Positions 63,180-64,000 of a stretch of DNA of 64,000 nucleotides are shown piece by piece (position 1 is the first letter of the stretch; each line of letters opens with the position of its first letter). The position numbers and the translations under genes were made by a program. The DNA comes from Candidatus Eiseniibacteriota bacterium (lineage in GTDB: Bacteria; Eisenbacteria; RBG-16-71-46; CAIMUX01; VGJL01). The notes below the pieces were generated by a model that saw nothing but the letters and a program-made list of their open reading frames with translations, was not told where the DNA came from and searched no databases. The stretch lies in NCBI GenBank assembly GCA_963792585.1, contig CAWBWI010000001.1, positions 1,568,001 to 1,632,000 of the forward strand. Direction: 5' to 3'.

Positions 63180-64000
63180 CAAGCCCCCAGCAGAAGCAGC
63201 ACCAGGAGTCCCCAGAGCGTCGTCGCGATCGTCACCGGAATACCGATCTTGAGGTAGGTCCAGAAGCCGAGGCGGACCTCCTTGCCCGCCGCCTCGATCA
63301 CGATCAGGTTGGCGACTGAGCCCAGAAGCGTCAGGTTGCCTGCGAACGTGGTGGCCATGGCGAGAACCCGCCACTGCAATAGCGGATTCTCAAGGGTCCC
63401 GATCCAGGGTCTGGCGACCAGGATGAAGGGGACGTTCGAGACGATGTTGCTGCCGAGGACCGCGAGCCCCGTGAACACGACCGCCTGCCGGCGCGCCGTC
63501 TCCCCGAGATAGGGCCGGAATGCGTTGTACATCCACTCGGCCGCCCCCGCGCGGACAACCCCTTCGACGAGCACGAAGAGGGCCGCGAAGAACAGAAGCA
63601 GCGTCCAGTCGACGCGCGCGAAGAGATGCCGCGGCGGGACCCGCGCCGAGACGAGCAGGGCGCAGGCGCCGGCCAGGGCGGCAAAGGAGAGGCGGGCGCC
63701 CGCCAGGAACGCGATGACGACCCCGAGGAGGACGATCAGCGTCCACCGCAGAAGGCCGAGGCGCAACCTGGGCTCCCGCGCAGGCGCGGGACGCGCCGCC
63801 GCCGCGCTCCGGAGTCGGCGCGCAAAGAAGAGGTGGAGGATCCCCGAGACGATGGCCAGACCTCCGATCGCCACCGGCGCGAGGTGGAGGAGGAAGATCC
63901 GATACCGATCGCCGGAGAGCGCGCCGATCAGCATATTCTGGGGGTTTCCACTCAGGGTCGCGACGCTCCCGACGTTCGCGCCCATGCAGAGTCCGAAGAG
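63179..64000 (-). CDS. ArsB/NhaD/CitMHS-family anion transporter (5' end outside window)
   Basis: ANVGSVATLSGNPQNMLIG, VDWTLLLFFAALF, SNIVSNVP, TTFAGNLTLLGSVANLIV. Confidence 0.88.
   Translation of the reverse strand, partial: LFGLCMGANVGSVATLSGNPQNMLIGALSGDRYRIFLLHLAPVAIGGLAIVSGILHLFFARRLRSAAAARPAPAREPRLRLGLLRWTLIVLLGVVIAFLAGARLSFAALAGACALLVSARVPPRHLFARVDWTLLLFFAALFVLVEGVVRAGAAEWMYNAFRPYLGETARRQAVVFTGLAVLGSNIVSNVPFILVARPWIGTLENPLLQWRVLAMATTFAGNLTLLGSVANLIVIEAAGKEVRLGFWTYLKIGIPVTIATTLWGLLVLLLLGA

Overview
GC-rich bacterial chromosomal window, probably from a metagenome or long-read assembly. Six secreted proteins with FlgD-Ig/T9SS-like C-terminal domains and one 'TWGxxKxxY' tail suggest an FCB-related candidate lineage such as Eisenbacteria or Krumholzibacteriota (inference). 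From left to right: (1) the 3' part of a membrane-bound group 4 [NiFe]-hydrogenase operon, coupled to an orphan PhnD-like lipoprotein and a two-component pair; (2) secreted FG-GAP/CTD proteins and glnA; (3) a possible envelope-modification cluster; (4) divergent asnA and asparaginase; (5) a CzcCBA-type heavy-metal RND system with a Cys-rich leader gene; (6) an HDOD regulator and an M14 carboxypeptidase; (7) a tandem pair of unrecognised paralogous lipoproteins with a threefold internal repeat; (8) an ECF sigma with an anti-sigma-like/TonB-plug/vWA fusion; (9) cysteine synthase and a BBE-like flavoprotein; (10) a ~13 kb minus-strand operon with DRTGG/RsbT/HydS-like regulators, an electron-bifurcating NuoE/NuoF/GltD-NuoG (StnABC-like) complex, a porin, a lactate permease and a cyclophilin. 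Two blocks (~22-30.5 kb and ~53-62.5 kb) are dense in indels that are probably sequencing or polishing errors. No rRNA, tRNA, CRISPR array or mobile element was recognised.
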